Source: Promethearchaeota archaeon (lineage in GTDB: Archaea; Asgardarchaeota; Lokiarchaeia; Sigyniarchaeales; SOKP01). From it: 64,000 nt of DNA. The stretch is from assembly GCA_019894975.1 (NCBI GenBank), contig JAGXNO010000001.1, forward strand, positions 32,001 to 96,000, read 5' to 3'. A model generated the notes under the pieces. That model saw only the letters and a list, made by a program, of their open reading frames with translations. It was not told the DNA's origin and made no database searches. This document shows, piece after piece, positions 61,365-64,000 of the stretch; the stretch's first letter is position 1, and each line of letters opens with the position of its first letter. A program made the position numbers and the translations under genes.

Positions 61365-61988
61365 TCAGGTATTTACCTGGTTGGCTAATAACTCTCTCAT
61401 TTTTGAAGTAATCAAATCAAATTCTTGCATTGACTTCAAATTTGATAATTTAATGCATTCTATAAATTTAGAATCCTTAAAATAATCATAGCCTAATTCT
61501 AAATCAGGATTATCATCTTTAATTTTTAAAAGAGCACCTCTTAAAAAAATCGTTATAAATTCTTCTGAACTTTCTCTTATTGATCTATCCTTCGGGTCAA
61601 TAAGTTTTATTTCAACTTGGTTGAAATCTACAAAATTAAGGACACATAATAATTTTGAATCTTTTTCTTCTCCTTTAGAAAATATTTTTCTTTTAATATT
61701 TGTACCTTTTACGCTTTCCTTGGGTACTTCCTCAATAAAATATTGTTCCTCAATTGACTTTGTATCTGTTTCCTGTAAATGATTTGTATAAATCTTGTCA
61801 GCACTCTGAAACGATTTATTCGATATTAAAGAATTGAGGAAATTTAAGACTTCTTTTAATTCGGTAATCTCTATTTGTAGTTCTTCAAGTTGTTCTTTTT
61901 TTTTATAATAGAGATTCTGAATTTTACTTAACATCAATGATAATTTTTCTATTTCTGTTTGATTATCTCTAATACCCATTGAATTCAT
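61365..61988 (-). CDS. Hypothetical protein with N-terminal coiled coil
   Basis: 207-aa ORF. Confidence 0.65.
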   Translation of the reverse strand: MNSMGIRDNQTEIEKLSLMLSKIQNLYYKKKEQLEELQIEITELKEVLNFLNSLISNKSFQSADKIYTNHLQETDTKSIEEQYFIEEVPKESVKGTNIKRKIFSKGEEKDSKLLCVLNFVDFNQVEIKLIDPKDRSIRESSEEFITIFLRGALLKIKDDNPDLELGYDYFKDSKFIECIKLSNLKSMQEFDLITSKMRELLANQVNT

Positions 61989-62060
61989 ATATGTTTTATA
62001 AGAAATTAAATGTATTTAAAAATTAATGCTATTGATAAATTAAGTAATTTTTATTAAGGC

Positions 62061-62942
62061 GTGAATAAGATGCAATCAATGATAATAACCCCCAATCCCT
62101 CGGATCCTGAAGTTCAAATACTCAGTAAAGAATTTGAAAAAAAAGGATATAATGTTGAATATTTTATCCCCTCTACAATGAAAGTATTGATTTCATTTAG
62201 AGATAAGTTTAAGGAAATGTTTAAGGATCTTGAGCCTAGAGCAGCCTTAGTAAGAGGATTTGGGGCGGCAGCAACTCAAAAAATCTTTTTTCGACTTGAT
62301 ATATTAAGAGCCATAGAAGAATATGATGTTAAATTGATAAATTCAAGAGAATCTTTAGAAATTGCTAGCGATAAATTTTTAACTTCAATCTTTTTAGAAA
62401 AACATAAAATCCCTACACCTAAAACTATTGTTTGTGAAGATCCAAATAAGGCATTAGAAGGTTTTGAAGAATTAGGTGGAGATTGTGTTTTCAAACCCCT
62501 ATTCGGATCTAAAGGGATTGGAATTACCCGTTTAAATGATAAAGCTTTTGCTGAAAATGTAATATATTCTCTCAGTAGACTAAATGAAGTGTTCTATTTA
62601 CAAGAATTTATCGAGCATAATAAAAGAGACATCAGAATATTAGTATTAGGTGATAGAGTTATCGCCGGTATGTACAGAGTAGGTGATAGTTGGAAAACTA
62701 ATATCTATGCTGGAGCAAAAGCAGAACCACTAAAAATTTCTGAAGAATTAGAAAACCTTGCAATCAAGGCTGCTCAAGTGACTAAGACTGAAATTGCGGG
62801 AGTAGACTTGATAGAAGGAAAAAGTGGTTTTCAAGTTTTGGAAGTAAATTCAATACCGGGATTTACCGCTTTACAAAAGGTTACATCGGTTAATATTGCC
62901 GAGGAAATTGTAAAGTTTTTCTTTAAAGCTGCAACTGGTTAG
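62061..62942 (+). CDS. RimK-family ATP-grasp ligase
   Basis: DKF, IPTPKT, KPLFGSKGIG, QEFI, DIR, WKTN, EVNSIPG. Confidence 0.92.
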   Translation: MNKMQSMIITPNPSDPEVQILSKEFEKKGYNVEYFIPSTMKVLISFRDKFKEMFKDLEPRAALVRGFGAAATQKIFFRLDILRAIEEYDVKLINSRESLEIASDKFLTSIFLEKHKIPTPKTIVCEDPNKALEGFEELGGDCVFKPLFGSKGIGITRLNDKAFAENVIYSLSRLNEVFYLQEFIEHNKRDIRILVLGDRVIAGMYRVGDSWKTNIYAGAKAEPLKISEELENLAIKAAQVTKTEIAGVDLIEGKSGFQVLEVNSIPGFTALQKVTSVNIAEEIVKFFFKAATG

Positions 62943-63008
62943 ATCCTTTAAAATAAAAAAAGAGAAAAAAAAAGTTAGATTCTATTAAGCCAATTTATCA
63001 ATCATTTT

Positions 63009-63344
63009 TTAGAGATCCTCAATCAATCCTATTAAGAAAGCAATTAATACTAAAACTCCTGCGATTATATCTACAAAAATAATTAGTAATATTGCAAAAA
63101 TCAAAAGTACAATCCAATGAAATGGGATCGGATTATTTGGTTTCAAAGCAACCCAGAATGTTAAAATTACCACTACTAAGCCAATAATAAAGTTAACAAC
63201 AATATCTATCCCAACATCAATAGGTAAAACTTGATATTGGTTACCTACATTTGTAAGTCTAAGTATTAAATATACTAATCCTACCACGGCTCCAATAATT
63301 GTTAAAAATTTCATTAATTGTCCATTTTTGTAATTTTTAGTCAA
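63009..63344 (-). CDS. Small membrane protein
   Basis: Three to four hydrophobic helices. Confidence 0.65.
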   Translation of the reverse strand: MTKNYKNGQLMKFLTIIGAVVGLVYLILRLTNVGNQYQVLPIDVGIDIVVNFIIGLVVVILTFWVALKPNNPIPFHWIVLLIFAILLIIFVDIIAGVLVLIAFLIGLIEDL

Positions 63345-63545
63345 TTTGTATCATCTCATTTGAAATAATATTTCTTATTAAGTCATTAAGTTATAAAAGC
63401 ATTTATATTTCAATTTAGAAGTACTGAATAAGTTAACGAGGGTTATTTTAGCAATGTGTTAGAAAAGCTAAGGATTTTACTTTTTCTATAATGTATTATC
63501 ACGATATTTTTTGATTTTATATAAGATTTTTTTGGTAAAATTCAT

Positions 63546-63719
63546 GTGATTGATGAAAAAATAAACCGTTATAAACAGGAAATTGATCTCGCAAAAAGTT
63601 TATCTAGTCTGAAACATGCCGATCGAGATTATTATGAGAATTTAATTATCAGGTTTGAAAAAATCCTAAGGTTTTATGAAGATTTAAAAATCTGGAGAGA
63701 ATATGGTAAAAGTGAATAA
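63546..63719 (+). CDS. Small hypothetical helical protein (57 aa)
   Basis: Manual translation MIDEKINRYKQEIDLAK...RFYEDLKIWREYGKSE. Confidence 0.55.
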   Translation: MIDEKINRYKQEIDLAKSLSSLKHADRDYYENLIIRFEKILRFYEDLKIWREYGKSE

Positions 63720-63759
63720 TAAATACAATGCTGTATTCCTTTCACTTCTAAAATCTGAA

Positions 63760-63999
63760 TTATTTAATCCCTAAAATATTAAAATCAAAATCATTTTTTA
63801 GTATCAAAAAAATTTTATGCATTGGTAATCCTATAACATTCGAAGGGGAACCTTTTATATACTCAATAAATAAACTTGCTTTTTCAGTTATTGTATATGC
63901 TCCTGCTCTTCCTTTCCAATCTCCTGATCTAATATAGTTCCAAATTTCATTGTCGGAGAGTTGAAGGAATTTGACAGTAGTACTATCATAATCCGTAAT
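63760..63999 (-). CDS. maf: Maf-family nucleotide pyrophosphatase, C-terminal part (runs off the window)
   Basis: TTVKF..LSDNEIWNYI..GDWKGRAGAY...GSPSNVIGLP. Confidence 0.9.
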   Translation of the reverse strand: MTDYDSTTVKFLQLSDNEIWNYIRSGDWKGRAGAYTITEKASLFIEYIKGSPSNVIGLPMHKIFLILKNDFDFNILGIK

Positions 64000-64000
64000 A

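Overview
Very AT-rich archaeal chromosomal window, most consistent with an Asgard archaeon of the Lokiarchaeia (roadblock and longin proteins, atypical small GTPase, eukaryote-type SECIS, C-terminally anchored NosD surface protein). Core genes at 1-8.4 kb: Get3/ArsA-like ATPase, dnaG, secE, ftsY, prefoldin alpha, eL20, eIF6, eL31, eL39, PDCD5, eS19, YhbY, Rpp21, Nep1. The window also has four tRNAs (two with two introns each), metabolic, repair and signalling genes, an Acr3/ArsR locus, cysteine synthase and an Smc5/6-like operon. The ORF track misses three RNA-level signals. (1) A 37-nt bulge-helix-bulge-type insertion splits the conserved GQ|TEG motif of dnaG, a candidate intron in a protein-coding gene. 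(2) A gene in the arsenic locus has tandem in-frame UGA-UGA codons and a K-turn SECIS right after the downstream TAA, a candidate Sec-Sec selenoprotein. (3) A 22-aa leader peptide ending CCCSTCCC lies upstream of cysteine synthase, a candidate cysteine-sensing attenuator. All calls come from manual reading and motif recognition; no database searches were run.
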